43,918 bases of DNA from an uncultured Anaerolineaceae bacterium (lineage in GTDB: Bacteria > Chloroflexota > Dehalococcoidia > Tepidiformales > Tepidiformaceae). The stretch lies in contig CAYUVT010000001.1 of assembly GCA_964448165.1 (NCBI GenBank), forward strand, positions 10,351 to 54,268. Reading direction: 5' to 3'. This document shows positions 25,728-36,360 of this stretch, piece after piece; position 1 is the stretch's first letter; every line of letters starts with the position of its first letter. The notes beneath the pieces were generated by a model, which saw nothing but the letters and a program-made list of their open reading frames with translations, had not been told where the DNA came from and did not search any database. A program made the position numbers and the translations under genes.

Positions 25728-26590
25728 CGGAACTGCGCCTTCAGTTTGTCAAAACGAGCACGGGAGGGCCGGGGACGTCCCACGAGGGGCCCGGCCGAGA
25801 GCGCCGGAAGCTGGGCTTCGTAGGGCGGCACGCCCTCCTCCTTGAAGATGATGCCGATCGGGATACGCTCTCCCCATTCCTGGCTGACGGCCTGGGCAGC
25901 GCCGCGGTCGTGCGCCTGATGACCGGTCTCTTCCAGTTTGTAAAGGCGCTCGCGGTACCAGTCGTAGGTGTTGATCCGGTTGAAGACCACGCAGGGCTGG
26001 AGCACGTCGACCAGCGCGTACCCTGGGTGTCGAATCGCCTGCTGCATGAGCCCGGAGAGATGCTGGGGCTCCCCCGCGAACGCGCGGGCGACGAAGGTCG
26101 CGCCCATGGCTAGCGCGAGCGCGACAGGGTTAATCGCGTGTTCGATAACCCCTTCCGGCGAGGTCGTGGTCACCCTGCCCCGGGGCGTCGTTGGGGAATA
26201 CTGGCCCTTGGTCAGGGCGTAGATCTGGTTGTCCTCGACGATGTGGGTGATGTCGGGATTGCGCCTGGCGGTGTGGATGAAATGGTTGCCCCCGATGCCG
26301 TAGGCGTCGCCATCGCCATCGACGACAACCACGTGCAAGGCGTGGTTCGCGAGCTTCGCGCCGGTCGCGACGGCCAGGGGCCGCCCGTGGATCGTCATAA
26401 ACCCGTTCACGCGCATGTAGTCTGGGAGCTTGCTGCCGCAGCCGATGCCCGAGACGACAAGTGCTTCGTGGGGGGCGATCCCGAGCTCCGCAAAGGCGTG
26501 CTTCAGCGCGCTCAGGATGCCGAAGTCCCCGCAGCCCGGGCACCAGGTCGGCTTCACGGGCAGGTCGAACTCTTCCCGCCGGTCAGACAT
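25724..26590 (-). CDS. korB: 2-oxoacid:ferredoxin oxidoreductase beta subunit
   Basis: MSDRREEFDLPVKPTWCPGCGDFGILSAL... and the TPP-binding GDGD...GGNH region. The ATG overlaps the korA stop (ATGTCTGA). Confidence 0.9.
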   Translation of the reverse strand: MSDRREEFDLPVKPTWCPGCGDFGILSALKHAFAELGIAPHEALVVSGIGCGSKLPDYMRVNGFMTIHGRPLAVATGAKLANHALHVVVVDGDGDAYGIGGNHFIHTARRNPDITHIVEDNQIYALTKGQYSPTTPRGRVTTTSPEGVIEHAINPVALALAMGATFVARAFAGEPQHLSGLMQQAIRHPGYALVDVLQPCVVFNRINTYDWYRERLYKLEETGHQAHDRGAAQAVSQEWGERIPIGIIFKEEGVPPYEAQLPALSAGPLVGRPRPSRARFDKLKAQFR

Positions 26591-28397
26591 TGACACCCAC
26601 CTCAGTTTCCGCCGGTAGCGGTTGTTCGCCGGGCTCCACGTGTACATCGTTCTCGCCCGCGAGGACGCGCCGAACCCCGGCGACGATGTCGCTCGGCGCG
26701 AAGGGACGGCCGTCGTAGCTAAGAATGCGGCCATCAAGCTGGTGCCCGGTCATCATCCGGATGAGCTTCGCGAGCTGCCCGGTGAAGTTCTGCTCGACGC
26801 CAATGGTCAGCCCCGCCGAAGCCAGGGCCTGCGAGGCGGCGTCGCTCGGGAACGGCCAGAGGTCGGAGAAATGCAGGACGCCCACGGGTGCATCGCCCTC
26901 GCTGAGGAGGGCCGCTGCCTCACGCGCCGCGCCTAACGTCGAGCCCCAGCAGACGAGCGTGAGCCTCGGCTGATCCGGACCGTAGCGGGTTGGGGGGCGG
27001 ATCGAGTCGTGCAGCGCCGTCTCCTCTTTGCGCATGCGTTTGCGCATCATCGCGACGCGAGTGTGCACGTCCTCGGTGATGTGGCCCTCTTCGGTGTGTT
27101 CGTCGCTTGGCGCCGAGAACACCCCGCCCGGTCGTCCCGGGAGCGCCCGTGGTGAAATCCCGGACGGAGTGATCGCGAAGCGCCGGTACCCTTCACCGAG
27201 GGTATCCGGCGCTTTTCCGTTGAGCAGGCTCCCGCGGTCGATCGCGACCGAAGCGAAACCGAGGGTCTCAGGGTCCGCCGTCTGGAGGCTTCCCGCCAGG
27301 AAGAGATCGCTCAACACGACCACGGGGCACTGGTAGCGATCGGCGAGGTTAAAGGCCCGCCAGCCGGCCTCGAAACACTGCTCGACGGTGCCCGGCGCCA
27401 GGACGATACGCGGGAACTCTCCCTGCCCGGCATGGATCGCGAAGAGGAGGTCCGCCTGCTCCGTGCGTGTCGGCAGCCCCGTCGACGGTCCACCGCGCTG
27501 GACATCGACGATCACCACGGGCACTTCGGCCATGCCCGCCAGCCCCAGGGCCTCGACCATCAACGAGAGGCCGCCGCCCGATGTGGCTGTCATTGCCCGG
27601 GTGCCGGCGAACCCCGCACCGATCGCCATGCACACGGCCGCGATCTCGTCTTCGGCGTGCTTCGCGACGATACCTTCCTTTGATCCGATAGCTGCCAGAT
27701 ACTCGAGGATGGTCGTGGCCGGGGTCATCGGGTAGGCGGCGATGAACCCGCAACCCGCAGCCACGGCACCGAGTGCGAGGGCGTGGTTGCCGTGGAGCAG
27801 CAACCTTCGCTTAGCGTCGCCGGGTGGGACCCGCCACGCTGGATCGGGGAATGCGCGGGCGGCAAAGCGCCAAGCCTCGTGCATGACGGCCAGGTTCGTC
27901 CGGACGACATCTGGTCCTTTGGCGGCGAACTCTTCCCGGATCACCGCGTTGAGGCCCGCGACCGGGAACCCGATCACCCCGGCCAGCGCGCCCAGTCCCG
28001 CGATGTTCGTCATCACGCGGCTGCCGTGGTCCGCGGCGATCCCGGTCATCGGTACCGGCATGGGGCGGAGGTCACGCGATCGCAGCCCGAGCTCATCGAC
28101 GGCCAACGAGGCGTCGTAGATCACGCCGCCGCCGGGCGCCAGCCTGTCCGTGTGGACCTCGACCGTCTCGCGCGTGAAGGCGAGGAGCAGGTCCGGTGGG
28201 TCGCGTTGGGCCTGTCTGGGCTCCGCGCTCGCACGCACCTGGTAGAAGTTGTGTCCACCGCGAATCCGCGATCGGAAATCCTGGGTCCCAAAGACGTGGA
28301 GGCCTCGGCGCGCGAGGGCCCGCGAGAGCGCCGCCCCAACCGATTCGATGCCCTGGCCGGCGTCACCACCGATGCGGATGCTCAGGTCATTGGTCAT
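26583..28397 (-). CDS. korA: 2-oxoacid:ferredoxin oxidoreductase alpha subunit (gamma-alpha fusion type)
   Basis: ATG 28397 after GGAGG. N-terminus IRIGGDAGQGIESVG (gamma domain), then GNHALALGAVAAGCGFIAAYPMTPAT and the rest of the alpha domain. Confidence 0.9.
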   Translation of the reverse strand: MTNDLSIRIGGDAGQGIESVGAALSRALARRGLHVFGTQDFRSRIRGGHNFYQVRASAEPRQAQRDPPDLLLAFTRETVEVHTDRLAPGGGVIYDASLAVDELGLRSRDLRPMPVPMTGIAADHGSRVMTNIAGLGALAGVIGFPVAGLNAVIREEFAAKGPDVVRTNLAVMHEAWRFAARAFPDPAWRVPPGDAKRRLLLHGNHALALGAVAAGCGFIAAYPMTPATTILEYLAAIGSKEGIVAKHAEDEIAAVCMAIGAGFAGTRAMTATSGGGLSLMVEALGLAGMAEVPVVIVDVQRGGPSTGLPTRTEQADLLFAIHAGQGEFPRIVLAPGTVEQCFEAGWRAFNLADRYQCPVVVLSDLFLAGSLQTADPETLGFASVAIDRGSLLNGKAPDTLGEGYRRFAITPSGISPRALPGRPGGVFSAPSDEHTEEGHITEDVHTRVAMMRKRMRKEETALHDSIRPPTRYGPDQPRLTLVCWGSTLGAAREAAALLSEGDAPVGVLHFSDLWPFPSDAASQALASAGLTIGVEQNFTGQLAKLIRMMTGHQLDGRILSYDGRPFAPSDIVAGVRRVLAGENDVHVEPGEQPLPAETEVGVNV

Positions 28398-29688
28398 CGA
28401 GTGCCTCCGAAACTTGCTCGCGAGCGAGGATGGGTGGGTCAGCCGTTGCAGTTGCGGCCGCGGAGGCCTGACTCGACGCGAGCCAGGCGAAACTGACCGC
28501 GGCCATTGCGACGAGGGCAGCTGAAGCGAACAGCACCGCGTTGAACTCGCCGCTGCCAACGGACCAGCCGAGCACCGCCGGGGCGACCACGGCACCGGCC
28601 TCGCCGGCGACGCGATAGGCGCCGGCACCCAGCGTGCGCTGCGGCCCAGGCAACGCGTCAGCAAGGTGCGCCGCCGGAGCTGGCCCGGTCAGACCGCCGG
28701 CCACGCCCAGGAGCAGTGCGGCGATGAGGAATTCAACGTAACTGTCGCTAACCGCCAGCAAGGCCAACGCCACCGCGATCCCCGCGCCTCCGGGCAGGAT
28801 CGCCGCCTTCCGGCCGAATCTGTCAGCCAGCAATCCAGCCGGGTAGAAGACGGTGAGCGACGCGAATCCTGCCAACGCCAGCGCGAACCCGATCTCACCC
28901 GGACCGAGCCCGAGACGCCGGGCGCCGATGAACGGCACCGCGACAAGCTGCGTGCCGATCCGAGAAAACGCCAGGGCAAAGGCAAGGAACCAAAGCGGTA
29001 GGAGGTTGCGTGCGGCGAGAACCTGCCACGATCGTTGCCCTCCGTTGGCCAGGTCGCCGGCGGAGCCGGCGGCCGACTGAATCGGCCGGTTGAGGGCGAG
29101 ATGCAACCAGATGGCAGTGATGCCTGCGATCGCTGCATACAGGACGAAGAGGGTACGGACGCCGAACTCGCCCCCAACAAGGCCTCCCAGGAGAGGCCCG
29201 AGGGCGGCGCCCGCGAGCGCTGCCGCCTGGTACGAGCCGAGCGACCGCCCCGCCTTCCGTTCAGGCGCACCCGAGAGGACGAGGCCCGTGCTGGCCGTTG
29301 CCGAGCTCCCGGCCATCGCGCCTTCGACCATGCAGAAGGCCGCGAGCGTCCAGAATCCGCCCGCGACCGCGCACAGCAGGGCGGCCGGAACGGTGACCGC
29401 CGGACCGGTGACGAGCAGGCGCCGATGGCCGATCCGAGTCGCCAGCCAGGCCGCAGGCAACGCCACAAGGAGCCTCGTCGCCGCAAAGGCTGCGATGAGC
29501 AGCCCCACCAGGGTGGCCGTCCCGCCGAGGGATTCGGCATAGGACGGAAGGATCGGGACGACGAGCCCCATACCGAGGGTGGAGAGGGCCGCGCTCCCGT
29601 TGAGGGCGAGTTGCTGAGGCGACACGTGAAAAGCCCGCGGACCCGGATGCGGAATCGCCGTCTGGATGCCATCGAGCGGGAGCCTCAC
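28387..29688 (-). CDS. MFS transporter
   Basis: About 12 TM helices; the [29 protein letters not shown] loop is typical of MFS_1. GTG 29688 overlaps the ATPase stop (GTGA). Confidence 0.85.
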   Translation of the reverse strand: MRLPLDGIQTAIPHPGPRAFHVSPQQLALNGSAALSTLGMGLVVPILPSYAESLGGTATLVGLLIAAFAATRLLVALPAAWLATRIGHRRLLVTGPAVTVPAALLCAVAGGFWTLAAFCMVEGAMAGSSATASTGLVLSGAPERKAGRSLGSYQAAALAGAALGPLLGGLVGGEFGVRTLFVLYAAIAGITAIWLHLALNRPIQSAAGSAGDLANGGQRSWQVLAARNLLPLWFLAFALAFSRIGTQLVAVPFIGARRLGLGPGEIGFALALAGFASLTVFYPAGLLADRFGRKAAILPGGAGIAVALALLAVSDSYVEFLIAALLLGVAGGLTGPAPAAHLADALPGPQRTLGAGAYRVAGEAGAVVAPAVLGWSVGSGEFNAVLFASAALVAMAAVSFAWLASSQASAAATATADPPILAREQVSEALDDQ

Positions 29689-32201
29689 GGGGCGTGGCTT
29701 CCATGAGCCTGCGCCGCGATCGCACCCGTCGCGGTCATCGCAGGCTCTGGCCGCATGCGAGAGAGGCCCGGAAGCTGCGTCCGCTTCAGGAGGAGCGCGT
29801 TGAGCGCGACCAGCAGTGAGCTGCCCGCCATGGACAGAGCCGCGATCTCGGGGCGGAGCAGCAGCCCAATGGCCGGGTAGAACACGCCAGCCGCAATCGG
29901 AAAGGCGATCGTGTTGTAGCCCACCGCCCAGACGAGGTTCTGCTTCATCTTCCGCACGGTCGCGCGGCTCAGGGCGATGGCGCCGATGACGTCGAACGGA
30001 TCGCTTTTCATGAGGACAACGTCGGCGGTCTCCATCGCGACATCCGTCCCGGCGCCGATGGCGATGCCGACGTCGGCCTGGGCGAGCGCGGGCGCGTCGT
30101 TGATGCCGTCCCCGACCATCGCCACCAGCTTGCCCTCGCCCTGCAGTTCCTTGACCTTGTCGGCCTTCTGCCCCGGCAGCACCTCGGCGAAGACGGTCTT
30201 GATGCCCAGCTCGCCGGCGATGCGTTCGGCAGTGGCACGGTTGTCGCCGGTGAGCATCGCCACCTGCACGCCGAGCCGCGTCAGGTCTGCCACAGCCTGG
30301 CGGGAGTTGGGCCGGATGGCGTCGGCGATGGCGATGATGCCCGCGGGCTGACCGTCCAGCGCCGCGTAGACGACCGTGCGGCCGGCGCCCTCGAGGGCCG
30401 CACCACGCTCGCCGAGCCCGTCGAGCGCCACCGCATTGTCGCGCAGCAGCTTCCGGTTGCCGACCAGCACGGTGTGGCCGTCAACGGTCGCACGCAACCC
30501 ATGCCCCGGCACGGCCTCGAACGAGGACGGTTGCGACACCGCAAGGCCGCGCTCCCTGGCGTGATCGACGACCGCCTGGGCCAGCGGGTGCTCGCTCGAC
30601 TGCTCGGCCGACGCGACAAGGCGGAGGAGCTCGGACTCCGCCACCGGGTTCCCGGCAGCGGCAACCTCGACGACCCGCGGCTTGCCTTCGGTGAGCGTCC
30701 CCGTCTTATCGAAGATGATCGCCTGCACTTTGCTGGCTTGCTCCAGTGCGGTCGCGTTCTTGTAGAGGATCCCATTCAGGGCGCCGAGGCCGGTGCCCAC
30801 CATGATCGCCGTCGGTGTCGCAAGGCCGAGGGCATCGGGGCACGCGATGATCACCACGGTGATCGCGAGCGTTAGCGCAAAGACCACGTCTTCGTTGCCG
30901 GGGAAATACCACGCGAGGAATGTTGCCGTGCCAAAGATCACGGCGGCCGCCACCAGCCACTGCGAGGCGCGATCCGCAAGCCGCTGCGCCGGCGCCTTGG
31001 AGTTCTGGGCCGCCTGGACCAGCTTCACGATCTGCGCGAGCGCCGTTTCCGCACCCACCCGCGTCGCGCGGAAGCGGAACGTGCCGGTCGTGTTGATCGT
31101 GGCGCCGATCACGCTGCCGCCGGGCTCCTTCTTCACCGGCAGGCTTTCGCCCGTGATCATCGACTCATCGACGCTCGATTCCCCGTCGACAACCACCCCA
31201 TCCACCGGGATCTTGTCGCCGGGCCTGATCAGGACGATGTCGTCGAGAAGGACCTCCGATGTGGGGACCTCGACGGGCTGGCCGTCACGGATGACGGTCG
31301 CTTTCGCCGGCGCCAGGTCGAGCAGGGCGCGGATCGCATCGGACGCCCCGGCCCTCGCGCGCATCTCCATCCAGTGCCCGAAGAGGACAAACGCAAGGAG
31401 GACCACCGAGGCTTCGTAGAAGACCTCCGAGTCGAAGAAAAACGTGGCGCCGACGCTGAACGCGTAGCCAGCGCCGACGGACAGGGAGACGAGCACGGAC
31501 ATGTCGAGGATGCCATGGCGAAGCGAGCGGGATGCCCCGACGAAAAACATCTGGCCGCCCCAAAAGACAGCGGGCGTCGAGAGGATGAAGAGGAGGATGT
31601 CGTTGGACATGCCGAACGGTGTCGGAATGTCGAGGTCGAAGACATCCGTGAAGAGGGGCGAGTAGAGGAAGACGGGAATCGCGAGCAGGAACGTGAGCCA
31701 GAAGCGGTTGCGCATATCCCGCACCATCGACTCCATGCTCATACCCGCTCCGTGGCCCATCCCATGCGCCATCTGGGCCATCTCGCCGGCGGCCGCGCCT
31801 GTTGCAGCCTCTTCATGGCCGGCATGCATGTCATGGGCAACCGGCTCGAACTCCACCGCTGTTGAGGCGGGCGGCGTATGACCGGCATGAGGTGCTGGCG
31901 CCCCGGCCTCCGGGCCAGCGGCGTGCGCCTTGCCCCCGTGGGGGGCCGCTACGATTTCCGCATCCGGCGCACACACGTGGCGCGGCACCACCTCTCCGCC
32001 GCAGTGGTAGCCGCACTGCTCGATCATGCCCCTGATCTCGGCTTCGCTGATGCGTTCGTCGTCGAACCCGACGACGACCGTGCCGCTCAGGTAGTTCGCG
32101 TTGGCGTGGTGGATCCCCGCGGCGCGGCGGAGAAACGTCTCCAGCGCCGGGCCCGAGCTGCCCCCAAGCAACCCGCGTGCCTCAAGGACCACCTCCTTCA
32201 C
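29685..32201 (-). CDS. P1B-type heavy-metal ATPase, CopB-like (His/Met-rich N-terminus) with atypical CPD in TM6
   Basis: [23 protein letters not shown]6 reads [13 protein letters not shown] rather than CPC or CPH. The N-terminal HMA-like fold lacks CxxC ([12 protein letters not shown]), and the linker is His/Met-rich (HDMHAGH...[16 protein letters not shown]). Confidence 0.9.
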   Translation of the reverse strand: MKEVVLEARGLLGGSSGPALETFLRRAAGIHHANANYLSGTVVVGFDDERISEAEIRGMIEQCGYHCGGEVVPRHVCAPDAEIVAAPHGGKAHAAGPEAGAPAPHAGHTPPASTAVEFEPVAHDMHAGHEEAATGAAAGEMAQMAHGMGHGAGMSMESMVRDMRNRFWLTFLLAIPVFLYSPLFTDVFDLDIPTPFGMSNDILLFILSTPAVFWGGQMFFVGASRSLRHGILDMSVLVSLSVGAGYAFSVGATFFFDSEVFYEASVVLLAFVLFGHWMEMRARAGASDAIRALLDLAPAKATVIRDGQPVEVPTSEVLLDDIVLIRPGDKIPVDGVVVDGESSVDESMITGESLPVKKEPGGSVIGATINTTGTFRFRATRVGAETALAQIVKLVQAAQNSKAPAQRLADRASQWLVAAAVIFGTATFLAWYFPGNEDVVFALTLAITVVIIACPDALGLATPTAIMVGTGLGALNGILYKNATALEQASKVQAIIFDKTGTLTEGKPRVVEVAAAGNPVAESELLRLVASAEQSSEHPLAQAVVDHARERGLAVSQPSSFEAVPGHGLRATVDGHTVLVGNRKLLRDNAVALDGLGERGAALEGAGRTVVYAALDGQPAGIIAIADAIRPNSRQAVADLTRLGVQVAMLTGDNRATAERIAGELGIKTVFAEVLPGQKADKVKELQGEGKLVAMVGDGINDAPALAQADVGIAIGAGTDVAMETADVVLMKSDPFDVIGAIALSRATVRKMKQNLVWAVGYNTIAFPIAAGVFYPAIGLLLRPEIAALSMAGSSLLVALNALLLKRTQLPGLSRMRPEPAMTATGAIAAQAHGSHAP

Positions 32202-33400
32202 GACCGGACTCCATGCTGCTGCTCAGGGGTCGGCACCGGCTCTGCCGGCTCCTCCGCACCCGTGAAGCCGACCTCCATGAACTGCGACCGCGCGGCACGG
32301 ACGGCCTCGATGGCCGGGTGCGGGACGTCCGGCCCAAACTCGTGGGTGATGGGTCGCGTTGTCGCGGGCAGGAACGCCTTCATGACGCCGAGCGCAGCGT
32401 CGGTCTTCGCCATCGAGCGCGAACCGTCGCTCTCGAGACCCGTCAGGGCGCGGATGCAGTCGATCGTCTCCGGGATAACGATCGACTCGTTGTGCACCTG
32501 GAAAGTGAGGTAGACCTCCCGCTCGTCGGCGGCGAGCGCGTCCTCCCAGACGGCCACCTCCCACATATCACCCCGTGGTCGCCCGAGATCGCGCATGAGC
32601 TCGATGACCGAGTTGAGCGCGACGAGGCCGTCGGCCGAGCGCACGAAGGCAACCCGCGGCTCGTCCCAGAGCGCATCGCGCAGCTCGGCCAGCTGTACCG
32701 GCCGCGTGGTCTCGACCATCGCGAAGTGGATGTGGCTGAGATTGTAGGGGCCGGCGCCGGCCATCGTCGTGATGTCCAGGTCCGGGATCACGGTCTGGGC
32801 GTCCGGACCCTGGTGGCTCGGCACCTTCGTCTCCGGGATAACAGTGTTGATCATCCCGGCCTGGTGCGACTCCCATGGGTCCGTGCCGCGGCGCAGGAGG
32901 ACCGCGCGGGCACGCTTGACCCAGCCGTGGCGATGCAGCGCGTGCATCACGCGGGTGAGAGCCGTGGTGTTGCACGAGACGACGCGTGCGAAGTCTCGCC
33001 CGACGGCCCCGGCGTAGTTCGCCTGGGCGACGAACGAATAGCCGATGAGCTCGTGCTTCTCACCACCCTGGAAGATCCCCTTCACACCGGCCTGCTCGTA
33101 ACGCTGCTTGTTGAGGGCGGCGACCTTCTTCGGCGCGCAATCGACGACGACGTCGCTCTCGCGGAGGAGGTCGTCGAGCACACCGGCAACAGGGATGCCG
33201 GCGGCCTCCATCTCCGCCCGGCGCTCTGGTAGGGAGGCGTAGACGGGGTAACCGCGCTCCACCGCCACCCGAATGCGGTAGTCGGAGACGATATCGGCGA
33301 CGCCCGCGAGCGCCATGTCCTCTTGCAGCGCGATGGCATCGGCGACGCGCTTCCCGATGACACCGTAGCCGTTCACGGCTACCCGAATTGTCTTCGTCAT
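32198..33400 (-). CDS. gap: Type II (archaeal-type) phosphorylating glyceraldehyde-3-phosphate dehydrogenase
   Basis: ATG 33400 after [24 protein letters not shown] (Rossmann), catalytic [12 protein letters not shown], and a C-terminal extension of about 60 aa. The stop overlaps the ATPase ATG (ATGA). Confidence 0.8.
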   Translation of the reverse strand: MTKTIRVAVNGYGVIGKRVADAIALQEDMALAGVADIVSDYRIRVAVERGYPVYASLPERRAEMEAAGIPVAGVLDDLLRESDVVVDCAPKKVAALNKQRYEQAGVKGIFQGGEKHELIGYSFVAQANYAGAVGRDFARVVSCNTTALTRVMHALHRHGWVKRARAVLLRRGTDPWESHQAGMINTVIPETKVPSHQGPDAQTVIPDLDITTMAGAGPYNLSHIHFAMVETTRPVQLAELRDALWDEPRVAFVRSADGLVALNSVIELMRDLGRPRGDMWEVAVWEDALAADEREVYLTFQVHNESIVIPETIDCIRALTGLESDGSRSMAKTDAALGVMKAFLPATTRPITHEFGPDVPHPAIEAVRAARSQFMEVGFTGAEEPAEPVPTPEQQHGVRS

Positions 33401-33445
33401 GCCTGGTCCTTCCTGTGCTGGCCGGGGGCCCTGGTGCTGGCAATG

Positions 33446-33461
33446 TACTACGGTGGTCGTA
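33446..33461. promoter_or_regulatory. Operator-like dyad S12: TACTAC-N4-GTCGTA upstream of gap-ATPase operon
   Basis: Matches the consensus perfectly; 46 nt upstream of ATG 33400. Confidence 0.65.
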
Positions 33462-33689
33462 TCGTCTCCATCGCGACGCCGGCCCGTTACCCGGATCCAG
33501 CCGCACCGAACGCTGGGCGCTACAGATCCGGCCCGTCGCAATCGACTCAGCGGATGTGGGTTCCTCCGCGCCGAACGCGAGCTGCCGACCGTCGCACGCC
33601 AGCCGCGCCGGTGGGCAGCAAGTGCCGGGCCGTTCCTGGCAGTGCGCCGGCCGCTGCCTCCCTCCCACCGGCTCGCCAGGGCGCGCGGA

Positions 33690-34190
33690 TCAGTCCGAAC
33701 CTGGCTCGCCCACTCGAGCAGGCTCAGCCTCCTGCGGAGTCGCATCCTCGATCCGGGCCTCCGACCGAAGCTGCCTCTCGGCTTCGAGCCAGTCGTCGAC
33801 ATCCAGCCCATCGACGCACCCGCGGGCGCAGTAGATGGCGTATGCCCGGTCCTCTATCTGGCTCCTATCAAAGGGGCCCGCATCCTTCTGTGGTTTGCTC
33901 ACTGACTCACTCCTGTCCTGATTTTGGTGCTGGTGCCGGCCAACGAGGATCGAGCGAACATCCCCGTCAGGCAGCTTCTGCGGTGCGGCCCGAGCGCGCG
34001 CCATAGTCGGCAAGTCAAGGCCGGCCGGCCATTCCTTGCGGCATGGGGTGGTCCCTGCGTCGGCAGGTAGCGGGGCCAGAACCGCATCGACGCGGACTAT
34101 GCGGCGCGACGCCAGGTCGACGACCCAGGCCACACGCTCCTTGTGGCCCAACGCCGTCGCGGACTGCTGCTGCTGCGAAGCGTCACTCAT
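33690..34190 (-). CDS. Hypothetical protein with C-terminal DUF2934 (CARGC variant); possibly two genes read as one
   Basis: ATG 34190 after GGAGG. C-terminus DRAYAIYCARGCVDGLDVDDWLEAE. An internal AGGAG plus GTG at 33902 could start a separate 70-aa DUF2934 protein, as in locus 13427-13872. Confidence 0.6.
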   Translation of the reverse strand: MSDASQQQQSATALGHKERVAWVVDLASRRIVRVDAVLAPLPADAGTTPCRKEWPAGLDLPTMARARAAPQKLPDGDVRSILVGRHQHQNQDRSESVSKPQKDAGPFDRSQIEDRAYAIYCARGCVDGLDVDDWLEAERQLRSEARIEDATPQEAEPARVGEPGSD

Positions 34191-34231
34191 GCGTAGCCTC
34201 CATCTGGATGCACGGCCGCACGCCGTCAGTC

Positions 34232-34247
34232 TACTACATCCGTCGTA
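34232..34247. promoter_or_regulatory. Operator-like dyad S13: TACTAC-N4-GTCGTA in divergent intergenic region
   Basis: Matches the consensus perfectly; lies between ATG 34190 (minus) and ATG 34371 (plus). Confidence 0.65.
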
Positions 34248-34370
34248 GCACCATGGGAGAAGCGGGCGCCCGTGTCACCGCCCAATCGGCCCCACCTGGA
34301 GGGGCCATCCGTCCCAACTCGGGGCCAGCCGACTTGTCGGCCGCCGACATGTCTGCGACCCTTGCCCGCG

Positions 34371-34880
34371 ATGGCAACGCTCCGCCAAGCTCAGCAGGGA
34401 ATCTTGCCCTCCCGCCAGGACCTGATCCTGCTGCGGACGGCACTGGGTGCGTTCACACCCGGCGCGTGGATTGCGGCGCTCCTGGCGGGCCTCCTCGTGC
34501 TCCTCGCCATCGGCGGCACGACGGCAATCTTCGAGAATGACTTCTTCCGGCGCATGACGCCTGTCCGGCCGCAGGACTATGTGTTCTGGCTGCTCAGCGC
34601 CCTCCTTGTGGGGCTCCTGGCAGGGACATTCGTGGTCTCACGCGCCACCGAGCACGCGGGCAAGGCGGCAGCCGGCGGGTTCTTCGCCGACATTGCCGTC
34701 GGTTGCCCCATCTGCAACAAGATCGTCGTGGCCGCCATCGGTTCCTCCGGGGCCCTGACCTTCTTCGGTCCGCTCCAGCTCTTCATCGGCATAGGCTCCG
34801 TCGGCCTGCTCGCCGTCGCGCTGATCCTGCGCGCGCGGACCATCGCGGGCGTCTGCCCGGTCCCGTCGCCCGCCGTCTAG
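34371..34880 (+). CDS. Four-TM membrane protein with intramembrane CPIC (CxxC) and C-terminal CPVP
   Basis: ORF 34272-34880; ATG 34371 precedes the first TM. FADIAVGCPICNKIVVAAIG places a CxxC inside TM3. No family name recognised. Confidence 0.6.
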   Translation: MATLRQAQQGILPSRQDLILLRTALGAFTPGAWIAALLAGLLVLLAIGGTTAIFENDFFRRMTPVRPQDYVFWLLSALLVGLLAGTFVVSRATEHAGKAAAGGFFADIAVGCPICNKIVVAAIGSSGALTFFGPLQLFIGIGSVGLLAVALILRARTIAGVCPVPSPAV

Positions 34881-34962
34881 CTGGAGACCGCACCGGATCC
34901 GATCGCACGTACCGTACCGGTCGGCCTAACTGAGCAACTTGGCCGTGCTGTTGCCACCGACG

Positions 34963-36360
34963 TTAGCCGATGCAACAGGTCATTACCGAGACGTCGCGGG
35001 TGAAGGCCTGCGCAGCAAGCTTTATCGCCTCCGAGTACGTCGGAAAGACGTGCACCGTGTCGATAATGTCGTAGATGCTGAGGCCGTGCCGGATCGCCAG
35101 CGTGGCCTCGTGGATGATCTCGGCGGCATTGGTGCCGCATGCGTACGCGCCACGGACGCGGTTATCCCGGTCGATGGTGAGCTTCACCGCACCCACGGTG
35201 TCCTTCACGGCCATCGCCCTGGGGACCTGGGAATACTGAACCGTGCGGCAGTTGCAGTAGCCGGTGCGGGCCATCGACTCGGCTTCCGTCAGCCCGACGC
35301 CGGCCAGTTGGGGTGAGGTGAAGACTGCCCAGGGCACGGCATCGTAGTTCAATGAGTCGCGCCGGCCGTCAAGCGCGTTGGCAGCGGCCAACGCCCCTTC
35401 CTTGGCCGCCACGGTTTCCAGCGGCATGCGCCCGGTCACGTCACCGGCCACCCAGAGGCCGTGACCGGCCTCGTACCAGTTCGTGGTCTCGATGAATCCC
35501 GTCCTGGTCACCCGTCCACTCGCGTTCTCGAGGCCCAACTCCTCGGTGTTCGCCCGAATGCCTGTCGCCACCAGGATGGCGTCGGCCTCGAAGCAATCGC
35601 TGGCCTGCGGCCCGCACACGACGGTCTTCGGTGGTCCTGGCTGGACCCGTTCGATGCGCATGCCCGTTCGGACCGTGATCCCTTCGGCTTCGAGGGCCTC
35701 CTGCAGGACCGCCGCGATCTCCGGTTCGGCCTTCGGGACGATCTGCGGCAGTGCCTCGAGGACCGTCACCTGAGAGCCGAAGCGGGCGAAGACCTGGGCG
35801 AACTCCAGGCCCAGCGGCCCGCCGCCGATCACGACGAGCTTCCCGGGTGCCTCGTCGAGTTGGAGCGCTTCAACGTTTGTAAGGTAGCCGGCGTCCGCGA
35901 GGCCGGGGATCGGCGGGATGCTGGCCTGGCTGCCCGTAGCGACCAGGATGTGGCGGCCTTCGATCACCTCGCCGCCAACGTCGACTTTCCCCGGCGCGAC
36001 GATGCGGCCCCGGCCCTCCCGGAAGTCCACATGGTCGAGCGACCGGAGGACCTCCTCATAGTTCCGGTGACGAAGGCCTGCTACGAGGGCGTCCTTCTCC
36101 TCGCGAGCGGCTTTGACCGAGAAGTGGCCGTTCGGGCTCGCCGGATGCACCGAGTCGAAGGCGGAGCGCCTGGTCGCCACCAGTGCCTCGGCGATTCCGA
36201 GCAGGTGCTTGGACGGCACGCAGCCAACATTGACGCAGGTGCCGCCGAGCGGCAGCCCCGCGTTGACCATCAGCGCTGTCGCGCCCAGGTCGTTCGCTTT
36301 CGTGGCAGCTGCGAAGGCGGCTGCCCCTCCGCCGATGATCACGAGATCGTAGGCAGTCAC
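34963..36360 (-). CDS. merA: Mercuric reductase (core enzyme, no NmerA domain)
   Basis: DLVIIGGGAAAFAAA, redox-active GGTCVNVGCVPSK, C-terminal vicinal Cys MTCCIG. Confidence 0.9.
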   Translation of the reverse strand: MTAYDLVIIGGGAAAFAAATKANDLGATALMVNAGLPLGGTCVNVGCVPSKHLLGIAEALVATRRSAFDSVHPASPNGHFSVKAAREEKDALVAGLRHRNYEEVLRSLDHVDFREGRGRIVAPGKVDVGGEVIEGRHILVATGSQASIPPIPGLADAGYLTNVEALQLDEAPGKLVVIGGGPLGLEFAQVFARFGSQVTVLEALPQIVPKAEPEIAAVLQEALEAEGITVRTGMRIERVQPGPPKTVVCGPQASDCFEADAILVATGIRANTEELGLENASGRVTRTGFIETTNWYEAGHGLWVAGDVTGRMPLETVAAKEGALAAANALDGRRDSLNYDAVPWAVFTSPQLAGVGLTEAESMARTGYCNCRTVQYSQVPRAMAVKDTVGAVKLTIDRDNRVRGAYACGTNAAEIIHEATLAIRHGLSIYDIIDTVHVFPTYSEAIKLAAQAFTRDVSVMTCCIG

